A DNA stretch of 64,000 bases from contig OZ024742.1 of assembly GCA_964016885.1 (NCBI GenBank), forward strand, positions 143,468,001 to 143,532,000, in the 5' to 3' direction. The notes beneath the pieces were generated by a model, which did no database searches, was not told the DNA's origin, and saw only the letters and a program-made list of their open reading frames with translations. Origin of the DNA: Eledone cirrhosa. Lineage: Eukaryota. A program made the translations under genes and the position numbers. Of the stretch, positions 13,834-26,006 are shown piece by piece (positions within the stretch are counted from its first letter, which is position 1; each line of letters starts with the position of its first letter).

Positions 13834-13901
13834 ACGTGTAGAGGTAGTTTGTTAACGTTTTCTTCGAAATTACGTGGTTCCGGGATCGATCCCACTGCGC
13901 A

Positions 13902-14011
<110 letters not shown>

Positions 14012-14834
14012 ATGTGTGTGTGTATGTATGTGCGTGTATTTGTGTGTGCGTGTGCATGTATTGTGTTTGTGTGTGCAGCATATATGTAGATAAATGTCCT
14101 AGAAAAACAATGCTCAATCTAGTACAAAAGAGATTAGATTTCGGGGTCTAGTTATGCCCACGGCTGTATAATGAAGGAGCCACTCTAAAACCGGTTTCTC
14201 TCGTCCGGCGGGAGCATGGACAAAATTTAAAGAAAAACCGTTACTTTACGAAAAATGGTCATATTTCGTGAAAAATTCTACTCAAGAACAAAGGTGGGCA
14301 ATTGCACCCCGCAACACATAGATCATAATAATACATCACTATATGTACAGAGGAGTGCGTAAAATTTGCTTTCAACCGATATGTATGTATTACATGTGCG
14401 TGACTTAAGTTGTAATTTTTTATTAAGTCCTTAAAGGAACTTGTTACAATACGGAAAAAAGGTCGTATACGGAAAATGGCGGCACATTCTGTCACCTATA
14501 CACATACAGAAATGCACATATAACAGATCCCCAATCACACTCAGGCCCATACACCCACTCAGAATGTACACCACATCACAAAGATTCTCATGATTTTGAT
14601 TGTTCAAGTTCTAATTTTTAAGATTTTTTTTTGAAAAAAGCTTTTTAGAAAAGAGGTTTAAGATTTACAAAATTACATTATACACTAGGTAACACACCTA
14701 CATTTCGTATTTTTTCAGTGTTCATGTTTAAATTTGCTAAGACATTTTTAGAAGTGGTTTAAGGTTTACAAAATTACATTATACGTTAGGCAACATACAT
14801 TTCTATTCAAACCTTCCTATACAACATTCATTAT

Positions 14835-15020
14835 GGTGGATTGGCAGTATCGGTAGAGAGTCGGATGCCATGCTTTCCAGCATAGTTACGTCCCTTTACG
14901 GTCTGAGTTCAAATCCCGCCGAGGTTCACTTTGCCTTTCATCCTTATGGGGTCGATAAAATAAAGTACCAGTAATGTACTGGCTAATTGCTGGCCTTGTG
15001 CCAAAAGTAGAAACAATTAT
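14835..15020 (+). mobile_element. tRNA-derived SINE, full length
   Basis: A box TGGCAGTATCGG, B box GAGTTCAAATCC, tail CCTTGTGCCAAAAGTAGAAACAATTAT. Confidence 0.9.
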
Positions 15021-15116
15021 GGATATAAGAGTAAAAAAACGTTCGTCCATTTCATCCAATTATCTTCCTTTGTTTTTTAAAGACTAGAATTTTTCAACAC
15101 GCTGACGTGTGTATGA

Positions 15117-15200
15117 GTGGTGCATTGGCAGTATCGGTAGAGATAAAATAAAACCACCAGTAATGCACTGGCCTTGTACCAAAAGTAAAAATAATTATTA
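15117..15200 (+). mobile_element. Internally deleted SINE copy
   Basis: Head (attggcagtatcggtagag) fused directly to tail pieces. Confidence 0.7.
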
Positions 15201-15300
15201 TAAACGCGTAAATACAAAATTACAAAAATAAGTCACTCAAATTTATATATAGATTGCACACGCAAGTGTAGTGAATGTTAGATGCTGTTTTCTGTAGTTT

Positions 15301-15455
15301 GTCATCACGCCTTTCATCCTCAGTCATCTCTAGTGCGCGACGTCATCACTCCTTCCTTCCTCAATTATCTCTAGTGCATGATGGCATCACCCCTTCCTTC
15401 CTCATCTCTAGTGTGTGACATCATCACCCCTTCCTTCCTCAGTCATCTCTAGTGT
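15301..15455. repeat. ~36-40-bp minisatellite, ~4 copies
   Basis: catcacyccttccttcctcagtcatctctagtg units. Confidence 0.85.
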
Positions 15456-15491
15456 TAATAAATGTAATAAAGGAAGGATATTCTTTGTTCT

Positions 15492-15551
<60 letters not shown>

Positions 15552-15845
15552 AGAACAAAGAATCAGTGTTGCATCATATACATATTTAATTACATATTAC
15601 ATATGTTTCACTATAGATCAGTCCGAGGAACGTTCGATTAATGGTCGAACCTGACTCTGGAATCGGAAGTTCCTCAAATATGTGTTAAAATGTAGACTCG
15701 CGATATATTTATATATACACACAATGTTAAGTACCCTTGGACTACCTTATCGACTACTATGGCACGAACTGCATTTTAAAATAACAATGAAATACCAATT
15801 AAGATTTACAACATGATTTTACTCTACGAACCGGTTATTCATTGT

Positions 15846-15909
<64 letters not shown>

Positions 15910-15965
15910 TATAAAGAAAGAAGAAACATTAGATATAATATACCATATCTAAATTGCTTTATTAG

Positions 15966-16058
15966 TCCTCGACTACGTAGTTTCGTGGCATATTATGCAA
16001 AAACACTACATCACAGAGATACAGTATTTTTGTGAGGTCTGCCGACTTATCAAGAGGA
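15966..16058 (-). ncRNA. Type I hammerhead ribozyme, U3:A8 core, enlarged branched stem II
   Basis: TCCTC-TTGATAA-GTcGGCA..(tcaca/tgtga hairpin)..TGCCAC-GAAA-CTACGTAG-TC-GAGGA. Confidence 0.75.
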
Positions 16059-16366
16059 TACCTCATTTAGAGTTTCAAAACACATCCGTAGGACGCGAGA
16101 TAGAATCCCGAAAAGCGGAGGGGGAGTCAATCACGTGATACAGCGGTCAAGAAACAGAGCTAAGCCCTTTACAACCCCCCCAAAAATACCACAAAGGCGG
16201 CGGGGGTATTTATATCAAAGCGGTAAAAGAGATGGCTAGGATGGCGAGAAGTATAAGTAATGATAGCTTTCCAGCAGTCACTACACTTCAATGGTTACTC
16301 TACCTTAGGGATATATATATAGTGACGAAACATAAGTCAATTGCATGAACTCATAATCCTTTATTT

Positions 16367-16422
16367 ACTGCTATATATATTTCGATGATAGCCATTGAAT
16401 GGCTATGACCTCATCAGGCAGT
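16367..16422 (-). ncRNA. Canonical-core type I hammerhead ribozyme
   Basis: ACTGC-CTGATGA-ggtc ATAGCCAT tca ATGGCTAT catc-GAAA-TATATA-TA-GCAGT; AUA site. Confidence 0.8.
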
Positions 16423-16730
16423 TAGTCATTTCTTAGATATGCCAGCTCTGTGTTTATAGTGTTGATGGTATCAGAGCCTTATATATATATATATATATAT
16501 ATAGGCATTCAAATGTTTATTCATAAACATGCCGTATATCGCTAGATACACAAAATACACATACTTATATGTATAAAGCTATGTTAGAGCGAACACCTAA
16601 ATTCTATTTTCCGGTTGAGCCGGCCGACAGTTCTATATGCAAATGAGACTAATCAGCCCATGTACATAGGTGTCGAAACTATATGTTTTCGTCTATATTG
16701 AGTTCCAACAGAGAGCAGGGTAAAGGAGCA

Positions 16731-16775
16731 CAGTCTTGATAAGGACTAAAGTCAGAAACGATGATCGTCCGCAGT
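16731..16775 (+). ncRNA. Hammerhead-like motif, U3:A8 core, stem I not formed
   Basis: TTGATAA g GACT aa AGTC a GAAA CGAT g ATCG TC. Confidence 0.5.
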
Positions 16776-16890
16776 TATTCATCCTTGCTTCTGCTGGAAT
16801 CCGCTAGATCGCTCTACTTCATCAACTTCCAAAATTCATAGCTGAAAGCTTCCAAATGTTTATTCATAAAACATATACGGCTAGATATAC

Positions 16891-16985
<95 letters not shown>

Positions 16986-17700
16986 TTATATATATAGTAT
17001 ATATGTAGCCGATGTCTCTGACTTTCGGGAAGCGCTGAGGGTATAAAGTGAATTTAAAGAGATGTGGACTCATACGCGGAGATGCTATAAATTAGTTTAT
17101 AAAATAGGGTGAAGAACCTGAGAGACAGAAAAAGAAGTTGCCACCATTCTATTTTATAAGCTTATAGCATCTTCGCACATGAGCACACCACTCTTTATAT
17201 ATGATAATTGCCACTTCTTTACAGAAGAGGGCCATCTCTTCAACGGATTCCCTGCTATTATGAACCACCGCCAACAAAAGGTTGCTGGCCTGTTTAATGA
17301 CTGAACAGGCTTTGTTTGGGTCACCTTTTCGAGACCCTTCCCATGTCGTATCGGTGAGCAATGCATTCCTCAAAAATGGCTGCTCAGACGCTCAGAACTC
17401 CGCCGATGCCTGTTGCTCTTCATGTTAACAGTGCAGTAACGTTAGAGCAAGACTCCAGCCACTGACTTCTAGATGTGCTTCTAACCGGTCGAGTCTGCAT
17501 GCGTTGCCACTCCATACGGCGTTTCTTGCGCATTTTAAACCTGGCGGGGCTCACCCCCTCCCCAAGACTGAACACAGCCTATTTCTCCCAGGGAAGGAAA
17601 GAGAATGATAGACAGAAAGAGAGAGATAAAGAGGAAGAATCGACCCCAACAATGGACTGGCGCTTTTGCGTGTCTGTGTGTGCATGTATGTATATATGTA

Positions 17701-17796
<96 letters not shown>

Positions 17797-17828
17797 TATA
17801 TATCATTATATATATAAGCATAGGTTAT

Positions 17829-17934
17829 ATCCCGCCGAGGTTCACTTTGCCTTTCATCCTTACGGGGTAGATAAAATAAGTACCAGTAATGCACTGGATA
17901 TTTGCTGGCCTTGTGCCTGAAGTAAAAACAATTA
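17829..17934 (+). mobile_element. 5'-truncated SINE
   Basis: Matches the 3' half of 14835-15020. Confidence 0.85.
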
Positions 17935-17943
17935 TATATATAA

Positions 17944-18069
<126 letters not shown>

Positions 18070-18124
18070 CGTTTCTGAATTTGTTTAGCAAGATTCTTTA
18101 TCTGAAATCGTGTGTTGAAACCGA

Positions 18125-18395
18125 TATTGTTATACTTTGGGAGGGTCATGTTGCCAATAAGAAACACACGCACCAGTTGCTTTCACTTCAATTTATTATT
18201 ATAATAAATTTATAATAAATTTATAATAAATTTATAAATTTATAAATTTCTGGTTGGTTGGTTCCACAACCAGATAGTTGTTTATATATTGTCATAGTTC
18301 TTTCGTCACACACTCTGTGACCTCTTCAGTGACTGGGGATTCCTTTCTCTGTTTCTGTGCCTCTCCTTTTTTCTGTCCTACGCCATTTTGTTTAT
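18125..18395 (-). mobile_element. Solo Penelope-like pLTR, second subfamily
   Basis: Contains an HHR and ends ATGACCCTCCCAAAGTATAAC, like the pLTR at 12035-12055. Confidence 0.65.
18291..18333 (-). ncRNA. Canonical-core minimal hammerhead in a pLTR
   Basis: GTCA-CTGAAGA-g-GTCACA gagtg TGTGAC-GAAA-GAAC-TA-TGAC. Confidence 0.75.
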
Positions 18396-18413
18396 ATATA
18401 TGCATATATATAT

Positions 18414-18960
18414 ATATTGTTATACTTGGGGAGGGTCATATTTGTGTAATAATATTGCCGGAATTAATAACAGAACACACTCACTGTTTGGTTGGTTTTC
18501 GCTTCTGTGTCTTTTATATCGGTTAATTTAATTTATTCGGTCCAATGTTACCATTGACTGACCAACGGTCAAAAATACAGATACATATAGACACAAACAC
18601 ATATATATAGTCTATCAAAGTTCTTTCGTTGAACATCTGCAACATCGTCAGTGGTGCTATTATGTTTCCTCCCGTTGCATTGTATGCTTACGCCATCTTT
18701 ATTTAGTCTGTTTATTTATTTATTTATTTGTTTATTTTTGTTGTCTTCTCTGCGCATGCGTTTGCGTGTGTGTATAGTGTTTTGTTTGATGTGTGTTCTT
18801 GTTTCGGTGACTGTGTATTGGTTAATGTATTCTATCTTAGTTTACTAGTGTGTGTTTATATGTGTTTGTTGTTATTGTGCTTGTGTATGTATTTATTTAT
18901 TTATTTATTTATACTTCTCTTAGGTCAGTGTTGTTTATTTGGGTGTTGTTGTTATTCCAT
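18414..18960 (-). mobile_element. Solo pLTR of the 9236-12056 Penelope-like family; HHR at 18616-18653
   Basis: Near-identical reverse complement of ~11515-12056; CTGACGA-GTTG/CAAC-GAAAGAACTT. Confidence 0.85.
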
Positions 18961-19024
18961 ATGTATACATATGTATCCATATGTATACATACATATATAA
19001 TAAATACACATATATACATGCACA

Positions 19025-19151
<127 letters not shown>

Positions 19152-19954
19152 TATATCTGTACATTATGTTGCTTACAATATGTTTATATACTTATGTTTA
19201 CACGCTTTATTTATATTATATAATATAATGTGATAAAAAAACAAACAATATAATGTAATATAATATAATAATATAATACATAATATGATATAATATAATA
19301 TATCCAATATCACGTAACCAGCCATTTGAAAATACAACAATCCTATTTTACTGCCGGTCATTGAATGGGAATTACTTGTAATCTGGGGGTAGATATAACG
19401 ATATAGGATATTAATGACATTTTTGGATGAAGTGAATTTTTTGTAGTAGATAGCCTTGTGTGTTTTTAATGACTCTAGGGTATATGTGCTGGAGAGTAGA
19501 CCGGCTTTTGTGCTGTTAAGTAACTGAAAGCCTTTTCTCATCCCCTCTTCTCTCTCGTACGCACTATATGTCTGTTGCATGCTTTAGCCAAGGGTGATTT
19601 CAACACATGACTACGGGCTAACAATACTATTATCTATACAATGATACTGATGACTCACTAATTGCTACAGGGAATTCTACATATCTATGGTAAGTATTGT
19701 GCATATCTAAGTTAAATACCGGAATCCAATGAAATTGCTAGTGACCTACGTCGTGTAGATAAAAATAAACTACAGCGAGTTGATTTGTCGTAAGAATTGA
19801 AACACCTAACGTTTCGTAAATTTGTCCTTCTTAATATAGAGGCTAATACATGAGAAAAGGGAGATGTGAACAAATAATATATGGAAGGGGAGGGGGCTAA
19901 AGGGAAGAGTGTGTGTAGTGTGGGAGTTGGTGTGAATGGTGTGAGAAGTAGTCT

Positions 19955-20080
19955 GATTAGTATGGGAGATGGTGTGATTAGTATGGGAGATGGTGTGATT
20001 AGTATGGGAGATGGTGTGATTAGTATGGGAGATGGTGTGATTAGTATGGGAGATGGTGTGATTAGTATGGGAGATGGTGT
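19955..20080. repeat. 21-bp minisatellite x6 (gattagtatgggagatggtgt)
   Basis: Direct reading. Confidence 0.97.
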
Positions 20081-21480
20081 GGGAGAAAGTAACATTTAGA
20101 GAATGGAGGGAGGGGGGGGGGGGGGGTAAATGTTTGTAGCAAGTGAGAGATCATTTAAAATGTGTGGAGGTGATGGGGGTGAAGATCAGGTGAAGGGAAT
20201 TAAGGTTAATGAACAAAAGGATGTATAAAGAACAAAACAGACGTGCACACAAGCAAGATGGTGGGAATGAAGTGACAAAAAAAGGTGTATGTGAGGAAAG
20301 AAGTATATTAAAGGAATGACAAGAATTGTAAAGAATATTTCTAATATTCTTTTTCTCTGAAGAAGTAGTCGAGACTTTGGTTTTTTTGCTCCTGGAGCAG
20401 AACTTTTATCTATTAAAAGCTAGGTCTCTGAAACTTAGACGTCTTTGTCAGATGGCGGAATTCAAAGAGTTGACAATTGATTAAGGTGGTAGGCCAGCAA
20501 TGTGAACGTTGCCAAAATGGGAGAACTAGAGAGAATGAGAGAGAGAGAGTGAGGGAGGGGCGGTATAATAAAGATAGATAGATGGAGAGAGAGAGAGAAA
20601 GTGAGAGAGAGAATGGGAGGGAAAGAGAGAGAGGGAGATAAAGATAGATAGATAGATAGAGAGGGAGAGATAAAGATAGATATTTAGATAGATATAGAGA
20701 GAGATTGGGAGGGAGAGAGAGAGGGGAGAGATAAAGATAGATAGATAAAGAGAGAGAGAGCAAGAGAGTCCTTACGTGGTCGCTTGAACTGCTAAACATC
20801 GCTTTGAATGTTATACACCCTATCATCTTAAATAAATGAAACACCTATTAGATACTAGTACCCTACGCACTTACTGAAAAAGGAAAGGGTGGCGATACGG
20901 TTAGTAAACATTTAATCATAGGTCTACTCGATTCAAGTTGACCTGCGGCTCAACAACAACAACAACATCAACATCACCATCATCACCAACAAAACCACTG
21001 TCTCATACCATCAGGCTCTGAATATTACCACAAACAGATATCAAACATTCAAAAAAGAAAAGAAAAAAAAGAGAAGTACAAGTCAAGATATTTCTATTCA
21101 GAGGAAAAAAAAATTTAAACGATGAAAATGTTTATTAGAAGATTCTCTATTTGTTGTTTGATATTATGGAAGACTGCTGAGATGTAGAACTCGGGAGTTA
21201 GCTGGAGAGCTAAGTGATTCCGTTTCGGACGTATTTTATAAACAACTAACATGACATTTAAGTTGTTCGGCCAGACTTTATTGATTTTGTTTTGTTGCAA
21301 TAAAAAGGCAAAGTTCGTAGTACTTATGTTTTCTTCATGACAATAATCTATCCAGTTGTTTTTGTAGTTATCTAGCTGTGAAAATCTAAATATAACGGAG
21401 ATTTCTTTCTTTTAAACTGAACCATAACCCAGCAATCTCAGATCATCATTACTACTCAGCTCCTCCTTGCCTTTTTCCTG

Positions 21481-21624
21481 CTCCTCCTCCTCCTCCTCCC
21501 CCTTCCTCCTCCTCCTCCTCCTCCTCATCCTCATCATCATCATCATCATTATCATTATCATCATCATCAACAACAAAAACATCATCATCATCATCAACAA
21601 CATCATTAGCATCATCATCATTAT
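21481..21624. repeat. (CCT)n/(CAT)n trinucleotide tract
   Basis: Direct reading. Confidence 0.95.
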
Positions 21625-21722
21625 TGAGTTCAAATCTCGTCGAGGTCAACTTTGACTTTCATCCTTACCAGTAATGCACTGGGTAATTGCTGGCCTCGTG
21701 CCAAAAGTAGAAACAATTATTA
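21625..21722 (+). mobile_element. SINE fragment (B box + tail)
   Basis: gagttcaaatc...gcctcgtgccaaaagtagaaacaattatt. Confidence 0.8.
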
Positions 21723-21904
21723 TGATCTACTTGGTCATTTGATCGCCTAGAAATAGCTGCCAATGTGAGGTACTTCTTAGGCAAGTATCTCTACCTAAGC
21801 GTCGAGTTGACCAGTTCTTTGTGAATGGAATTCGATAGAAGAAAACACTACTCGTTCTCATATATGTAATGGTAATATGTATACATCTATAAGTATATGT
21901 ATAA

Positions 21905-22076
<172 letters not shown>

Positions 22077-22149
22077 TTATATATTAAGTTGTCTGCAAAA
22101 TCCTGTCGCATTTTTGACAAGGAAAGGAAAAGACGTTTATTTGGTTATG

Positions 22150-22400
22150 AAGTATATATTCAATCAAGAAAATATTTTCTCTCATTTTGAATAACATGAT
22201 CCCAGCTGGCCGACAAGTTGTTGATCCCTCTAGCATGAAATTGTTCAGGTTACGAAGTGTAATTCAAGCAATATGTGATTTTGCATTGACGTATAGGAGC
22301 AACGCACCTTTCCGGTTTGCCAAATACTGGTCACTTTTTCCGCAAATTTTGATGTAATGATAACTTCACATGGCCAGAAATAAATAAGCTGGTACCAAAT
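22150..22400 (-). mobile_element. Probable mariner transposase C-terminal remnant
   Basis: Broken translation LRKK.PVF..EGALLL and GINNLSASW resembles mariner LRKKRP..GVLL and GI.KL..RW. Confidence 0.45.
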
Positions 22401-22439
22401 GGACAAAATGACAATCTAAATAAAAGTTAAGATGTTATT

Positions 22440-24720
22440 CTTATGTCGACCAAATTAGATCAACTGGACAACGTGTCTATACTTTATGTATATTTAACAC
22501 ATACACTCTACTCAAGTACGACAATACTACGACACACACATAATACATGGAAAGGAAATAACTACGATATAAAAGAACCTAACAGACTAGCTTATTTAAG
22601 AAAATATATTCTCAATACCAATCATATATCACGCTTATAAACAGAACAAAATATTTATAAAACAACAAAAAAAAATCAAAAACAAACACCAGGATAAAAA
22701 TGTTAAAGTTGAACGTAAGCTACAAAGAAACGTAAAGCACAATGATCAACAACATGTGAAACAATGAAAATAATCAACAAAACACTTCAAATTATACTAA
22801 CAGAACAATTAAAATTGAAAAGTCTAAAATGGAAATTTTGAAAATTACAATTAAAATCGATAAAACATCTTCCTATCAACCAAGGAAATACCCTATCAAT
22901 CATAAAACGTAAAGATAAAATAGCAACAATAGAAAAACGTAAATCTGGCTATTGTAGACTTAATGAAAACTGATGAGAACATCAATATAACTAAACTTAA
23001 CCAAATAATATATGCATCAGTCACTCCATTAGATCTACACGTACAGGAATATCAAAATCTAATCAAACAACATGGAGAACAAACAGATACACAAAAAGAA
23101 GGAAAGGAAAATAAAAGATATATCAATCCTTAAAAAATCGATAATGAAAAGACTGAAATAAAGAAAAAAATAGAAACAAGTTATAAAAATATAAAATAAC
23201 AAAAACAGAAACAGAAGTTAAATAACACCTGAAGTAAGAGATTCTCACTCAATCATAAAGGATCTGTTCTTATGCTGTCGAAAATATTTAATGATCCACT
23301 GGAAGGGACAAAAATAAAAAAAAAACAATAACAAAAAAAAAAACAATATATAAATATCACAAGACTCAGCATACAAGAAACCTCTAAAACTATAAGCTCA
23401 TAGCAAGTCTGCCTACAGCGTATAAGGCTGTAACAGCAATAAATGTATCAAGCGTGAAATGAGAACCTGCACAAAACAGTTGACTTTCAAGAAGAACGGA
23501 AGGATGCTGCAAAGGTTTCTATGGTAATTGAAATAAATTATAGATTAAGAACGCTATAAATTATAGATAAAAAGATATAAAGGAAGATTCTAATCATAGT
23601 ATGAATTGACTAAATGAAGGTAGTCAAATATCCATTGGTGTTTCTCACCAATGGATTTTGGAAACATTATCCATGAGTAAAGTAACACCAATGATAAACA
23701 GATGCACCAAACTTGTCATGAATAAATGGTAAACAAATTTACAGATATAAACAAATCACACCGCTATTAGAAGAGAAATATTTCGAATGGACACCTTTTC
23801 TTCTTGGCGTTAATACATTTAGACTACATAGAAAACCAAACTGAACTCGGGTACAAACGTTATGGAAATATAATCAGCCTTCTTTGTGTATAGCTAACTT
23901 CAAATTGTATACTTCAGATGAGAAATAACTAGTAATACTATTGCAAATAGTAAATAGACTCCCAAAAATTGATGTGGCATTCCGTTTAGAATAGTGGTAT
24001 GGCAGACTTGAAGAGAGGAATGTAGAAACAAAACACACTAATATCATGTTAGATAATGATACAACTATCTAAACATATACTTATTTTTTATTGCTTCATA
24101 GGTAATATGTTTTCACGATTTTTAAAAAAGATATTACCAAAATCGTATTTGATTTATCTTCATTTAATTCTATTTTTAACTCCGTATATATAAATATTTC
24201 AGCCTTTTCTCTATGCCACATTTTCTCTATGCCTCCTCTTAGAATTATTCTTATTATCTTATGTGTGAGACGTTTAGAGTTCAAGAAAACAATCAAAAGT
24301 GGTAGTAACGAGTCTGTATTCACTGATTTTCTTCTCATTTTATATTTTTGACTGGAGATCGCTAAACAAAACACTATACGACATGAACAAAAACATTAAT
24401 GAATAAAAGTTTTATTTTTACAAAGAATTCACTATCGAAACGTAAAAAATATGGAAATAGAGATAACCAGAATGTTGAGAGTTAAAATAATAATAATAAT
24501 AATAAAGAAAAAAAACATTAGATGCCTTGGAAAAAATTGAAAAGGGCGCAGAAAAATATAAAACCCAAACTCAACATACAGAACATATGACTACTCGGTA
24601 CTGTGCATACAATGCGTAAATAACTTTCAATGCAAAACTCAAAATAAAACAAAACAACCGAATACATAATACACACTATCCAGTGAAAGTACGCAATAAA
24701 AATAATACTATAGAAATAAC
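22440..24720 (+). pseudogene. Possible highly decayed A-rich Penelope-like RT relic
   Basis: Strong A-skew, with only faint HK..P and G.P..ADL-like traces among many stops. Confidence 0.25.
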
Positions 24721-25118
24721 AACACATGCTTGCCTCACCCCTGTCTCTGATATACTATTTATAACCTACGTTTCATCTTAACGAAAAATTGGTTTTAAAA
24801 CCTGTTGATTCAACTACAAATGTATATTTTTTTGTCTCATTTTCAGTTATTATTGTTATTTTGTTTTTAGAATTAGTTGGGACTGGAATCTGCGATTATG
24901 GATTTCCGAAATGATTAATAAGGTTTATTTTAAGAGCAATAAAACACCTAATTTGATTTTGGCCAACTAATGTATTTTTGGTGTAAAAATTTCATAGTTG
25001 AGCTGTCACTTATCTTTTACAAATTGTTTGCTCTTTCTCTTGTTCTATCCATCTTTCCCTCAGTAGGTATGTATGCAAGCATGTGCGTATCTGTAACTGC
25101 GAGCGCGCGCGCGCACGC

Positions 25119-25247
<129 letters not shown>

Positions 25248-25475
25248 AGTATACATGTATCTACATATACATATATAAGAATTAATGTATGTAATGTGGG
25301 TGTATAAATGAATGACATTTTATTTCCTATTTACATTTCTGTTTTATTTAATGTCTTAAGAGATTTATCTGAAAACTTTAGCTTTGTTTTTTTACGACGT
25401 TGTACTTTCTCATCGCCATCGTCAACACCACCACCACCACCACCACCACCACCACCACTATCATCATTAGTTTAT

Positions 25476-25686
25476 CTGCTGCCAGCACCCGTTGTGTGGG
25501 TGGCTCGGCGTGCTGTGGTTGTTGATGCGCAGACATGTGCTAAGGCTATGACATTTGCAAACGGTTTTTTAGACAGTGAAAATGGTGTGGTCGCTGTTTG
25601 TCAGATGCATTTTTCCGCAGCTCGTCTCTTTGACTAAGCAGCAGTTTTGGGTCAAGCAAAGACCGAGAGTGGGCGCCTGGCATCTA
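25476..25686 (+). mobile_element. Old fragment of Tx1-like ORF2
   Basis: CQHPL.G.LG..WL.MRRH.LRL..VWS.F..FPQLVSLT..WVK.RPR, same motif as the ORF2 at 26007-29426. Confidence 0.8.
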
Positions 25687-25730
25687 TAAAGTATACATAA
25701 TGTAAACAGAATGAATGAATGAATAATAAC

Positions 25731-25764
<34 letters not shown>

Positions 25765-26006
25765 TTTTCTTTATTAACCACAAGGGTTCACATAAAGTAG
25801 ACATTAAGGACAGTACAGGACAATACAGGACGGTACAAATGGGCATTTCTGCGTGTAAAAAAACAGAGGTTGAAATAAAATAACAAAGAAAAATTCCCCA
25901 ATAGGGGGGAGACTTCCAAAGGACATTTGTGGAGAAAGCCCATTAAAAGACCACAGTGGCCCTGACCATCAGGGCAAGTGCCCTCTCCCAGTTTTCCACC
26001 TTTAAT

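Noticed and set aside
14835-14920. tRNA gene
   Set aside because: A and B boxes only, no cloverleaf, and multicopy with a tail; it is a SINE head
17145-17530. Possible transposase or exon remnant on the minus strand
   Set aside because: Only a vague FL..LTDTTW resemblance; not supportable
19955-20080. CRISPR-like regular repeats (also 15301-15455 and 59609-59737)
   Set aside because: No unique spacers and a eukaryotic context; plain minisatellites
20377-20460. Functional HHR (CTGAAGA..GAGAC/GTCTC..GAAAC..GTC)
   Set aside because: Stem I cannot form; counted only as a relic
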